Shown: positions 13,085 to 24,315 of the stretch, piece by piece
How the letters are laid out: each line of letters begins with the position of its first letter
Numbering within the stretch: position 1 is the first letter of the stretch
Source: Ginglymostoma cirratum
Taxonomy: Eukaryota
DNA: 64,000 bases
Assembly: GCA_024137785.1 (NCBI GenBank)
Contig: JAHRHZ010000027.1
Location: 164,368 to 228,367, forward strand
Direction of reading: 5' to 3'
Program-made: the position numbers and the translations under genes
The notes under the pieces: generated by a model
The model's database searches: none
Seen by the model: only the letters and a program-made list of their open reading frames with translations
What the model was told of the DNA's origin: nothing

Positions 13085-15215
13085 GTAAGTGTGAAGCAAA
13101 CAATATGATTTATTTTTTATTGAATGTGTATTGAAACTGTTTGCATTTTATCTCACTCTGTAAGACTGTAATTGATAAAACGCACTCCATTTGTTTCATC
13201 GCCAGTTCTGAACAAAACCAACGGTTTGCTTTGTTCTTCAAAAATGAGCAGGTACGTAAGATATTACCCACTGCATGCATGAGCATTGTAATAACTCCAA
13301 TAATCCCCGAAAATTAAAAAACGTTTGATTGACGGACAATTTGAATTTGTCTACCAGATCAAATTATCAAATTCGGTAAGTCACTATTATGTCCAGATTT
13401 TGGGCAGATATTGGGTATAGGTTGGAAGTGAGTTGTACAAATGAAATATCTGCAAGTATTGACTGCAGGCATTTCCTGATATGATCTCCTGTTCGAGCTG
13501 TCAGAGAAGAAGCAGGTCAGCATCAAGTAGCAATGACACACATAAACTGTATTTGTAACTATCAGCAGCGGCTCATGTGGCTGCACTCTAACATTTATCA
13601 CAAACATGCTGTGTGTTCAAGTTCCCCTTTGGGGTTAAAATGCAGCTGGATACCACTGCCCAGCAGAGAGAGGGAATGCTGTGCTCTTGCAGCTGAGACA
13701 GTGTCGATGAGGTGATAAACTGAGAACCTGTTCACCCTTTGGGATAGCATCATTTGTAAACTATTTGCAGAATGGAGGCTCTCCTGGTGTCCAAGCAAGC
13801 ATTCCTTCCTCAATCAATGTTGATAAAAACAATCAGATTTTTGAGAGAATTACTTCAATTCTGTTGGCTGCATCTAAATTACCTTCTACATATTGCTGCA
13901 TTACAACTGTTTGCTACCTTCAACTCAGTACTTCATCGATAGTGAGGTATTTTGGTGTCTCCTAAGATCCTGTAAGGCACTATTTGGTTCATTAATGTCC
14001 TTTCACGAAGGAAACATGCAGCCCTTCCCAGCTCTGGTCTACATGGGACTCCAGCAATGTGCTTGATTCTTAACTGCTCTCTTCAAAAGGCCTAGAAAGC
14101 CAATCAGACAGGGGTAATTCAGCATTGGCAGCAAAAGCTGGCCAACAAAGAATAGACAATCAAACTTTAACAATGTATTTATTAAAACGCAACACTCCCA
14201 AGCCATGTTGTCTGAATACTCTGTGGAGATGTGGTACCTCATTTGTCTGTTTCATGGATCGTCAAAGATCAGCCAATGGAAAATCACTGAAAGGTTATGT
14301 GTCTGTGGATGGGGTTTCACATTATTCCTGAAACCTCAGAAAACTGACCCCAAGAGGGTAGAATTGACCACAGCCAATATCAGCAAGCGACAGCTCCATG
14401 TGAAACTCATGGTTTTAAAAAGTGGGATATCTGTGTTGTAGTTACCAGCTCAAAACCTTTAACAGAACCCAGATTTAAAGACATCAACTCTCAGATTTGG
14501 GAAAAATAGTAAAAAAATTGTCTGTGTGTGGAACCACAGAACATGGGAGAGATACTGAACCAAACTTTCATATCAGTTTTCACTGTGGATAAAAACACGG
14601 ATGCTGGGGAACTCGGGGATATAAATATTGATGTCTTGATAACAGTCCACATTGCAGAAGAGGAAGTGCTGAAGATCTTAAAAAGCACAGAGGTAAATAA
14701 ATCGCTGGGATCTGATTAAGCGTATCCCAGGATGTTGTGGGAAGTTTTAGATGAAACTGTGGGACCCTGAGCGAAGATATTTGTATCATCCGCAGTCACG
14801 GTTGAGGTTCTGAGGACTGGAGGCTGGCTAATGTTGTGCCTTTATTTAAGCAAGGCTGTGATGAGAAGCCTGGGAACTACAGACTTGTGAGCCTGACATC
14901 GGTAGTCGGTGAGTTGTTGGAGGGGATTCTGAGAGATAGGATTTATATGCAGTTGGAGAGGGAAGGACTGTTTAGGATTAATCAGCATGGCTTTGTGTGT
15001 GGGAAGTCGTGCCTTAAAAACTTCTTTGAGATTTTTGAGGATACAACCAAAATGATTGATGAGGACAGAGCAGTAGACTTTGTCTACATAGACTTTAGTA
15101 ACAAGGCTCCTCATGGTAGACAAATTTGTAAAGTTAGATCACATAGGATTGAGGGTGACCTTGCCAATTGTATACAAAATTGGCTTGACAGCAGGAGACA
15201 GAGGGTGGTTGTGGA

Positions 15216-16776
15216 GAGACAGTAAGAACTGCAGATGGTGGAGAATCTGAGATAACAAGGTGTAGAGCTGGATGAACACAGCAGGCCAAAACACATCCTA
15301 GGAGCAGGAAGGCTGACGTTTCGGGCCTAGACCCTTCTTCAGAAATGGGGGAGGGGAAGGGGGTTCTGAAATAAATAGGGAGAGAAGGGGAGGCGGATAG
15401 AAGATGGATAGAGGAGAAGATAGGTGGAGAGGAGACTCATAGATCACAGAGGCGGGAATGGAACCTGTAAAGGTGAGTGTAGGTGGGGAAGTAGGGAGGA
15501 GATAGGTCAGTCCAGGGAGGACGGATAGGTCAAAGGGGTGGGATGAGATTAGTAGGTAGGAGATGGGGGTGGGGCTTGAGGTGGGAGGAGGGGATAGGTG
15601 GGAGGAAGGACAGGTTAGGGAGGCAGGGACGAGCTGGGCTGGTTTTGGGATGCGGTAGGGAGAGGGGAGATTTTGAAGCTTGTGAAGTCCACATTGATAC
15701 CATTGGGCTGCAGGGTTGCCAGGCTGAATATGAGTTGCTGTCCCTGCAACCTTTGGGTAGCATCGTTGTGGCATTGCAGGAGGCCCAGGATGGACATGTC
15801 GTTTGAGGAATGGGAGAGGGAGTTGAAATAGTTCACGACTGGGAGGTGCAGTTGTTTAGTGCGAACCGAGAGTAGGTGTTCAGCAAAGCGGTCCCCAAGC
15901 CTCTGCTTGGTTTCCCCGATGTAAAGGAGGCCACAACGGGAACAGCGGATGCAGTATACCACATTAGCAGATGTGCAGGTCAACATCTCCTTGATGTGGA
16001 AAGTCTTCTTGGGACCTGGGATGGGGGTGATGGGGGAGGTGTAGGGGCAGGTGTAGCGCTTCCTGTAGTTGCAGGGAAAAGTGCCGGGTGTGGTGGGGCT
16101 GGAGGGGAGTGTGGAGCGGACAAGGGAGTCCCAGAGAGAGTGGTCCCTCTGGAAGGCAGATAAGGGTGGGGAGGGAAAGACGTCTTTGGTGGTGGGGTCG
16201 GATTGCAGATGGCGGAAGTGTCGGAGGATGATGCATTGGATCTGGAAGTTGGTGGGGTGGTACGTAAGGACGAGGGGGATTCTGTTTTGGTTTTTCTTGT
16301 GGGGAGGGGGTGTGAGGGATGAATTGCGGGAAATGTGGGAAATGGGTGTTCTCGACTGCTGAGGGGAGGAAGTTGCGGTCCTTGAAAAACGAGGACATCT
16401 GAGATGTACGGGAGTGGAATGCCTCATCCTGGGAGCAGATGCAGCAGAGGCGAAGGAATTGGGAATAGGGGATGGCATTTTTGCAGGAAGGTGGGTGGGA
16501 GGAGGTGTATTCTTGGTAGCTGTGGGAGTCGGTGGGCCTGAAACGAATATCGGTTTCTAGGTGGTTGCCGGAGATGGAGACAGAGAAGTCCAGGAAGGAG
16601 AAAGAGGATTAGAGATGGTCCAGGTGAACTTAAGGTTGGGGTGGAAAGTGTTGGCGAAGTGCATGAACTGTTCAAACTCCTCATGAGAGCACGAGGCAGC
16701 GCTGATGCAGTTATCAATGTAACAGAGGAAGAGGTGGGGTTTAGGGCCAGTGTAGGTACGGAAGAGGGATTGTTCC
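15216..16776 (-). mobile_element. Penelope-like element (RT C-terminus plus GIY-YIG endonuclease)
   Basis: LFLCYIDNCI (RT YxDD-like), CTSANVVYCIRCSRCGLLYIGETKQRLGDRFAEHL (GIY-YIG), terminal repeat with hammerhead core. Confidence 0.92.
15312..15345 (-). ncRNA. Minimal type I hammerhead ribozyme motif
   Basis: Minus strand tttCTGAAGAagggtctaggcccGAAACGTCagc: intact core, stem II, palindromic ACGT stem III, GUC site; stem I very short. Confidence 0.65.
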
Positions 16777-17825
16777 GTTGTTTTTTGGACTGGAGGCCTG
16801 TGACCAGTGGAGTTCCGCATGGATCAGTGTAATTTATTAAAAAAATTTGGATGAGAATTTAGGAGGCATGGTTCATAAGTTTGCGGTTGACACCAAAATT
16901 GGTGGCATAGTCAATAACTAAGAAGGTTATTGAAGATTATAAAGGGATCTTGATCAATTGCGTCAATGGGCTGAGGAGTGGCACATTGTGCTATTTCACT
17001 AAATGTGTGGTATTGCATTTTGGTAAAACAAAAAAGGGCAGGACTTATACAATTCACGGGAGGGCCCTGGGTCGTGTTGTCTTGTTGAGCTTGTACAGGA
17101 TGTTCGTGAAGCCACTTTTGAAGTACTGTTTACTGTTCTCGACACCCTGCTACAAGAGGCTTATTACTATATTGAAGTTGGTTCGGAAGAGATATACCAA
17201 GATGTTGCCAGAACAGGAGGATTTGAGTTTCACTCGGCTGGATAGGCTGGGACGTTTTCCACTGGAGTTTAGCAGGTTGAGGTGTGAACTTATAAAGGCT
17301 TCTCAAATCATGAGGGGCATAGATGAGATGAATAGCAAAGGTCTTTTCCCTCGGGTGGGAGATTTCAAATGAGAGGGAATATTTTTAAGGTGAGAGAAGA
17401 AAGATTTAAAAGGGACCCGAGGGGCAATTATTCAAACAGAGGTTAGTTCGTGTGTGGATGGGGACACAGCTAATGACGGGACAGTTACAACATTTAAAGA
17501 TGTTTGAATTAGTAGGTGAATAGAAGAGGTTTGGAGGGATATGGGCCAAATGCAGACGAGTGGGACTAGTTTCATTTGAGAGACTTAGTCAGCATGGTCG
17601 TGTTGAACCGAAGGGTCTGTTTCCGTGCTGTATGACTCAAGGACTCTATAAAATTATCAGGAGAACTAAGTCACTTATAGGTGTCACTGTGACCAGAGAA
17701 GGGGAAATGATGATATCACACAGGCTTTTCTCCAAGTAATGAGCCTCCATTTGTTCATAATGTTCTCTTAGATAATTACCAGTGAAAATGAGGTGAATCT
17801 GAACATCATTCCCTTGTTTCAACAG

Positions 17826-17946
17826 GACAAGGATATATCTGTGACATTTCTTCAACAATACCACCGACTACTACACATTCCCAAAATAAAATTACAAGTT
17901 CTTCTTTCAGTCAAAAGCAAACGTCAGAAGATGAACCCTCTGAAAG
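17826..17946 (+). CDS. Gene B exon 4: Ser/Thr-rich stalk GQGYICDISSTIPPTTTHSQNKITSSSFSQKQTSEDEPSE
   Basis: ttgtttcaacag acceptor, open in phase 1, AG|GTATGA donor in phase 2; a homologous exon and acceptor region exist at 6243. Confidence 0.82.
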
Positions 17947-18721
17947 GTATGATATTCTTTGTTTTGATTCCTTGTGCGAGATTAACAATATTGTTTAACA
18001 ATGCTGGCCAAATGAGTGAAAGTCATTTGTTATTTTGGAAATGAAAATGGTGCTGGGTTTAGATCAGGCTGTTGTGTTAGTTTCACATTGAAGGTCCAAT
18101 TGTATTTGAAAAGCACAAATGGAGAATATTGTTTCTATTTTGTTGGCCTTCAGATTGCATTGCTCATCTCCATTACTTCACCATTAAACTACATGGTGTG
18201 TGATGTACTGTGCTTGGCCAACCTACCTTGCGGCTATGTGTCCTGGAGTGACATTTCAGGATAGTTTCATTCCTGCTGGTGAAAAGGAATATTTGAGGTT
18301 TTATATCTGCACGGTGACAGATAACTTTCAGCGTTAGCCTTTCGCATCAACTTACTCGCCTGAGCTGTCGGGAATGAGCAGCAGGAACTGTGAGTGTGAT
18401 ATAAACACTGAGTAAATAATTCTTTAAAGTTACAAAGGTGATGAAGAGAAAATGACAATTAAGTGTCAGTCACAAATGGAGAATATTGGAAACGCACAGT
18501 GATTTGGTCCACATTAGCGCAGAAGTAGATTAGTGCGGAATTCTTCACAATTCTAGTCCACAGCCGAAACTAAACAAGTCTGTCTGATCATACCTTTCTC
18601 GCAACTTCTGTTTTGCACTCAGGTCTCGAGCATGTTTAGTCCATTTGTTTTTAACCAGATAATATTCTGCGGTACAAAAAGCATTGTAAGTCTATAAATT
18701 TTATTTTAGGTCATATTTTAT

Positions 18722-19055
18722 CAGTGGCCTGGTGGCTCACAGCACCAGGGACCTGCGTCTGACTCCACACTCGGGTAATTGCCTGTATGTAGTTTACACA
18801 TTCTCCCCGTGTCTGTGTGGGTTTCCTCTGTGTGCTCTGGTTTTCATCCCACAGTCCAAAAATGTGCAGGTTCGGTGGATTAGCCTTGCCAAGTTAACCA
18901 TAGATTCCAGGGATTTGTAGGCTAGTTGGATGAGCCATGGCAAAGAGGGTAAGGGGATTGCATCTGGGTGAGATGCTCTTTGGATGGTTCATGGAACTTT
19001 ATGGGCCGAATGGCCTGTTTCAACACTGTAGCGATTCTGTGATTCTATGATCTGT
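18722..19055 (+). mobile_element. HE1-like SINE (degenerate)
   Basis: ctcacagcaccagggacc...cacattctccccgtgtctgtgtgggtttcctc...gattctatgatct. Confidence 0.78.
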
Positions 19056-19244
19056 ATGTCAGTTGTGTAAATTTATGTAAATGAAGATCATCTGAATCTA
19101 ATATCCATTCTTGATACTTGTTGCTGATTTTCAATGGCCATCTGGTGCTCTTTTATTCCATTTTTACAAAGTGAAATTACCACATTTAAAAAAGGTTCAG
19201 TGGTGATACATTCACCTTCGATACCAACGGTTGTGACCTCACTT

Positions 19245-19600
19245 CCCCTTCAGAGACTTGGGCACATTATCAATGCTGAGTCTCCAGTGCAGTACTGAGA
19301 GAGTGCCGCACTGTGGTGGTACTGCCTTCCCTGTGTGATCAGTCCAGGCCCCATCTACCCCTCTCAGGGGAATGTGACAGATCTCATGGTGAAATTCATG
19401 GAAGAGCAGGGCCGTTCTCCCTGGAGACCTGGGCAAAGCCTTTCCTTTACCAATTCCAAATTACATGTTCGTTCATCTAATTATTGTTTATGGGAGCATG
19501 CTGTGAGCAAATTGGATCCCATGTTTGCCATTGCAACAGTTAATATAAATATTCCACTCCCTGCAGTACTTTTGGATGTCCTGAGGTCATAAAAGTCTTT
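19245..19600 (+). mobile_element. Deu-domain (SacSINE-like) SINE relic; similar relics at about 13660-14000, 40390-40720, 48020-48400, 51790-51925 (-) and 54935-55290
   Basis: ccagtgcagtactgagagagtgccgcactg-type core and tggatgtcctgagg-type 3' end recur across copies. Confidence 0.65.
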
Positions 19601-19679
19601 CTTAATATATTTCTTGTGTCAAATGCCCAAGAATCAATTGTGAACAAACACTGTCCCTTTTCCATTCTCTCTATCACAG

Positions 19680-19768
19680 TCTGATTTACATTGTACTCGG
19701 TGTGCTGGGGGCCATTCTGGTTGTCTTTGCTGCTTCTCTACTTTTGTACCTGAGGCAAATGAACAAGG
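19680..19768 (+). CDS. Gene B exon 5: uncharged transmembrane segment SLIYIVLGVLGAILVVFAASLLLYLRQMNK
   Basis: Pyrimidine tract plus cacag acceptor, phase 2 matching exon 4; 24-residue hydrophobic run followed by R/K; G|GTGAGT donor. Confidence 0.9.
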
Positions 19769-19964
19769 GTGAGTTTTAATTTCTCTTCAATCATTTCATT
19801 GTATCTCAATAGCTTGTAGTTGGATATGAAGAGTGTATCAGGGTTAGATCTTCTGATGGCTAGACAGCTGATATTCCGGTACAGTCAGGAGCTGCATGTG
19901 GAGACTCTGAAGATTCTCCATTGTAGCAGACACTGAAGGAATTGCCTGGAAAATTGAATGTTTG

Positions 19965-20305
19965 TTTTTATTCACTCACGGGATGAGGGCATCACTGTCT
20001 AGACAGCATTTATTGCCCATCCCTAATTTCCCAGAGGGCAGTTAAGAGTCAACCACATTGCTGTGGGTCTGGAGTCACATACAGGCCAGACCAGGTAAGG
20101 ATTGTAGTTTCCTTCCCTAAAGGGCATGAGTAAACTAGATGGGTCTTTCCCCTGACAATTGATTTATGGTTATTAATTTCAGATATTTATTGAATTCAAA
20201 TTCCACCATCTGCCATGGCAGGATTAGAACCTGGGATCCCAGAATATTATGTGGGTCTCTCGGTTAACAATCCAGTGACTATCCCACTAGGCCATCGCCT
20301 CCCCA
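19965..20305 (-). mobile_element. tRNA-derived SINE with L2-like tail; copies at about 46340-46645 (-), 57930-58295 (-) and 36975-37155 (+)
   Basis: Minus strand gggaggcgatggcctagtgg...ggttctaatcc (A/B-box-like); conserved gttaagagtcaaccacattgctgtgggtctggagtcacat in all copies. Confidence 0.8.
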
Positions 20306-20626
20306 CTAGACAATTCCTCAACACTTGGAACCATCCATTTATTTCAGAGATTTCCAATAAAATGAAGTAAAATTGTTATTCAGTGAAAGTGAGACAAATA
20401 AATACATGGTCTAACTTCTGAGTAACTATTCAACTGACCCTACCGAACTGCAGCTTCCCAAGACTCCTCACAGCCCTCACTCTCATGTTGGGAATCATGG
20501 GTGAAATGGTGATGAATGTTGTCCAGTATATAATTATGCACCCTGCAATACATGCTCAGTTTAAAGATTTTAAACATTTAACATTCCTGTTAAATTTGCT
20601 TGAATGATTGTATTTTAATGTTTCAG

Positions 20627-20679
20627 GTATATTCTGCATCACATGTCAACAAAGAGATAAGACTTTTAATGATGACCTG
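20627..20679 (+). CDS. Gene B exon 6: juxtamembrane cytoplasmic exon GIFCITCQQRDKTFNDDL
   Basis: tttcag acceptor, CTG|GTAAGG donor; its phase 1-to-0 is exactly what is needed to join the TM exon to the ITIM exon. Confidence 0.78.
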
Positions 20680-21259
20680 GTAAGGATAATAAATATTAAC
20701 TTGCTGAATATGGGTTAGAAATTTGCAGAAAAAGGATTTACAGCACAGAAATGAGCAATTCGGTCCAGCTGTTGCTCTTATGTTCCACACAAGACTTCTC
20801 CCAATTCTCTTATCTAACCCCATCAACTTCTAACTCCTGTCTTCTTCGCATGCTTATCAAGTTATCTCTCAAATATAGCAATACAACTTGACTCAACTGG
20901 AAAGAAGTAGACAATTCAGGAGAAAGGTTGTTATCTGAAAAGTGTCAAAAGGTGGAACCTATTGCCGTGAGGGGTCCATGAGGCAAATATGATAAATCCA
21001 TGTGGAAGGGCAGCTGGATAAGCACATGAGTGTGAAATGAATACCATTTGTTGATGAGAGTGGATGAAAGTGGACAGAGAAGGCTCAGTAGGAGAATTAC
21101 TGCAGTACTGGGTTGAATTGTCTATTCTGCACTGTAAATAATTTTTAATATCTTCTGACACTGTCTATTGATTAGTGATAATCATGAAATCACTTTCTCT
21201 CTGTAACAGCACAAATCACGATTCAAGTGAATCAAAAATACATTTTGTTTCAATTTTAG

Positions 21260-21571
21260 GAACTGGCATCAGTGGAAAAGAACATGGTATATGCAAACAT
21301 TAACCACATTCAAACGAACACAGCAGAAAGACAGAGAGAGAGAAGAGACAACTTGAAAAATGATGAAATCATATATTCGGCCTTGGAGTTTCAAAAGAAA
21401 TCTTCATCAGTGAGAGGTGGGCTGGCAAGGCACACAGTTGACAACTCCAACAGTGTCATCTACAGTGACCTCAATTTACCAAACCAGCCCCCAAAGGGGA
21501 ATAAGAAAGCCCCGCTACACAATACTGCTCAGGGAGCTGAAACGGTAGTTTATGCTGACATTGGATTTTAG
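21260..21571 (+). CDS. Gene B exon 7: cytoplasmic tail with four ITIM-like motifs (MVYANI, IIYSAL, VIYSDL, VVYADI) and stop
   Basis: caattttag acceptor in phase 0; ORF to TAG at 21569-21571. The seven exons sum to 1257 nt = 418 aa plus stop, with no internal stops. Confidence 0.9.
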   Translation, partial: ELASVEKNMVYANINHIQTNTAERQRERRDNLKNDEIIYSALEFQKKSSSVRGGLARHTVDNSNSVIYSDLNLPNQPPKGNKKAPLHNTAQGAETVVYADIGF

Positions 21572-21994
21572 GAAAACCATGACGAGACGTTTGTACTGCT
21601 CATTATTCCTTCTTACTTTGCAATGCAGTTATTATAAATTTCATCTATTGTAAGCTTCCCGCAAATTTACTTTGTCCAGCTCCTTCAGATTTGTTCCCTA
21701 CAATTCCAAACTGCTTCCAGTTTGTTTTCCTCAGCAAATGGAATCAATTTACCTTCAGTTCCTGAGTCCAAGTCACTTGCATAAATTCGGAAGAGTAGAA
21801 TTCTCTTGGTGTTTGGCAAGAGAAACACCAAGGTGTTTGGCAACCCAATCAGTCCCCTTTACCCCTTTTCCCAAAACTCTAACTTCTGGGTCATAGATTC
21901 CAGGTTCAAGCCCCGCTCCTGGGGCTAAATTCAAAAATCAGGCGTCATATCCCAACATGGTTCTGTGGGATACTAATAACTGTGGGATACAGAA

Positions 21995-22700
21995 CTTGTG
22001 CATTGCTAAAAAGAGACACAAACTTAAAGTTTTTGTTTCACTTTCATTAGGACTGAGCCACAAAAAAAAACAAACTTGAAAAGGGAATATCAATTTTTAC
22101 AGCCTAAGAAGAGGGTGCTAATTGTTTGGATCATGGTTGACATGGAGATGCAGCAGGAACTGTTAACCATCGATCTGAGCTGATTAAACTCAGACCAGGC
22201 AAGCATGCTCTGACTAATTAATGTTGCAATGAATAGCAGTTTGCATGATCCTCTCTCAATTATAAAGGTGAGATGTCAGGATATATTCATTTAGCGCAGA
22301 AAGGGCCCAGTGTGGGAATGTGTGTGGCTTCTTGCATGCACAAATTAATCACAATGCAAGCCCAATGGATCATCTGACATTGGTTTCTTAGCACAAACGG
22401 AACGGTTCAATAAATATTGTTCAATAGCAGAATCATGTCTAATGTTGGATGTGGCATTCTGGGATTACAGTATGGGCCAGTTAACGTGATTGGCTCACTG
22501 CTGACCTGCAGTGTTGTCTGATATAGTCAGCTAAATGTTCAGATGAACAGCCCATACACTTGGCATCTCACCCACATTAAAGCTAATATTCCACAGTATA
22601 ACTGGATTATGAGAATTGGGAAATTGAACTGTTTGGACATTATTGGATTGAAGAGGGATTGAACACGATTTCTTGAAAAATGTCAAAAGTCAAGGCAAAC
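21995..22700 (-). mobile_element. Old Penelope-like relic just downstream of gene B
   Basis: Minus strand reads NIRHDSAIEQYLL, resembling the DSAIxxHL motif of the Penelope endonuclease C-terminus; heavily decayed. Confidence 0.5.
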
Positions 22701-23292
22701 TGTTTTTTTACTGTGTACTGGAAAAATTAATAATTTTGCAAAGTAGGCAACCTAAAGCTTTTAAAAGAGATAAAAGATTGTACTTATGGCCGAAATGGTT
22801 TAACAAACTTCAAGAGAAATCCTAGGGTTTATGCTGTTGTCCTGATTTATCCCACCCAGAAAACCTCTGCTGAACTGTGGTGTCTGATCCTCTGTGTGTG
22901 TGAATTTGTGTTTGAGATTCAGAGGTTGTAGTTTTGTTGCTCGCTGTTCTGCCAATTGATAAAAGAAAAGATTTGTTTTAATAAACAAGTTATTTGTGTG
23001 TCAAAGAAATTAAAGGAAAGTCTCTTTTGTTGATAGTAACTACAATAAAGAGAAACACCTAAACCATTTTGGTGACCATATGAAATATTTATACCTTTTG
23101 ATATTATTTGCGGCACAGTGGGATTTTATTAACTGTACATTTTCCCATCAGAATTGTAACAAATGTTGCTGAGGTAAGAGGCTGCACTGCCAGACACGTG
23201 GATCATGATGGACAGGCTCCAGTGTTGGACTGGGGTGGACATAATCAGAAGGCACACAACACCAGGTTATAGTCCAACAGGTTTATTTGAAA

Positions 23293-23329
23293 TCACAAGC
23301 TTTCAGAGCACTGCTCCTTCATCAGGTGA
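23293..23329 (-). ncRNA. Minimal hammerhead ribozyme motif (second family)
   Basis: Minus strand tcacCTGATGAaggagcagtgctctGAAAGCTTgtga: stem I tcac/gtga, stem II, AGCT palindrome; inverted decayed copy adjacent at 23333-23365. Confidence 0.7.
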
Positions 23330-23672
23330 AGGCACCTGACAAAGGAGGAGTGTTCTGAAACCTATAGGCACAATCTTCTCTGCCCAGAGCAGGTAGGACT
23401 GGAGATGGGAAGTGAACTTTATTAGACAGGATGGTGGTGCCCCTAACCCAGCCACTTCCCCACCCTTGTTTGAATTTGGATCTCAGCAGGAAAGTCCAAG
23501 CTCCAACTCCAATAGTCCACCACCCGTTGAGACCCCATGTGCTCATTCAAGCTTCAAGCGCTCTTTCAGCTCCAGGCAGGACAAGAAAGAACCAGCCTAT
23601 CAGACTGGGGTTAACTCTTGTGTCATCTACCACCTGCATTTGTGTTTGTGCACTCGTGCGGGTGTATGTGAT

Positions 23673-23705
23673 TGTGTGTGTGTGTGCGTGTGTGTGTGTG
23701 TGTGA

Positions 23706-23743
<38 letters not shown>
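23673..23743. repeat. (TG)n microsatellite
   Basis: Directly visible, with a few interruptions. Confidence 0.97.
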
Positions 23744-23746
<3 letters not shown>

Positions 23747-24061
23747 CTCCAATGAGTTGTATCTTGCAGAATAAGCAAAATGTAATTTATTGCATTTCTG
23801 CAACTTTTTAAAGGTTTTTACAATAGGTTCCACATTTCTTTAAAGCCTGCTGGGAGTTAACATCGCCTTAGTTCCTAATTTACTCTCACACCAAGTCATT
23901 ATAACATCATTTTAGTCAGTGATGCTTATTACAGTCAACTAAATATTAACCCTTTCAGACCCTTCCATACCCATATACAACATTTCCCACAAGTTATTTT
24001 TTGTGTATTATTGTTATATATTTATTTATAATTACATTTAGTACCGCCCAACTCCCTCCAG

Positions 24062-24315
24062 AGGCAACAAGGTGTGGAGCTGGACGAACACAGCAGGCCA
24101 AGCAGCATCTTAGGAGCAGGAAAACTTGACGTTTCGGGCCTAGACCCTTCATCAGAAATGGGGGAGGGGAAGAGGGTTCTGAAATAAATAGGGAGAGAGG
24201 GGGAGGCGGATAGAGATGGATAGAGATGAGAGAGTTGCAGAGGGAGAGAGATTCCCTGAGGTTTGTCCGGAGGGAGGAGTGTAACTTCTTCAGGGTAGGT
24301 TACACTCCTCCCTCC
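24062..24315 (-). mobile_element. Short Penelope-derived insertion with intact hammerhead core at 24124-24159
   Basis: Minus strand atttCTGATGAagggtctaggcccGAAACGTCaagt; direct repeat ctccctccagaggc at 24052-24065 and 24308-24321. Confidence 0.82.

Larger units (their letters stand above)
14520..17645 (+). mobile_element. CR1 relic in intron 3 of gene B, split by a Penelope-like insertion
   Basis: PGNYRLVSLTSVVG, HGFVCGKSCL, SGVPHGS and 3' UTR; interrupted at about 15216-16776. Confidence 0.88.

Noticed and set aside
15298-16820. Many long Pro- or Gly-rich ORFs on both strands
   Set aside because: Alternative frames of the C-rich Penelope element, not host genes; the same applies at 28619-29687 and 32509-33723.
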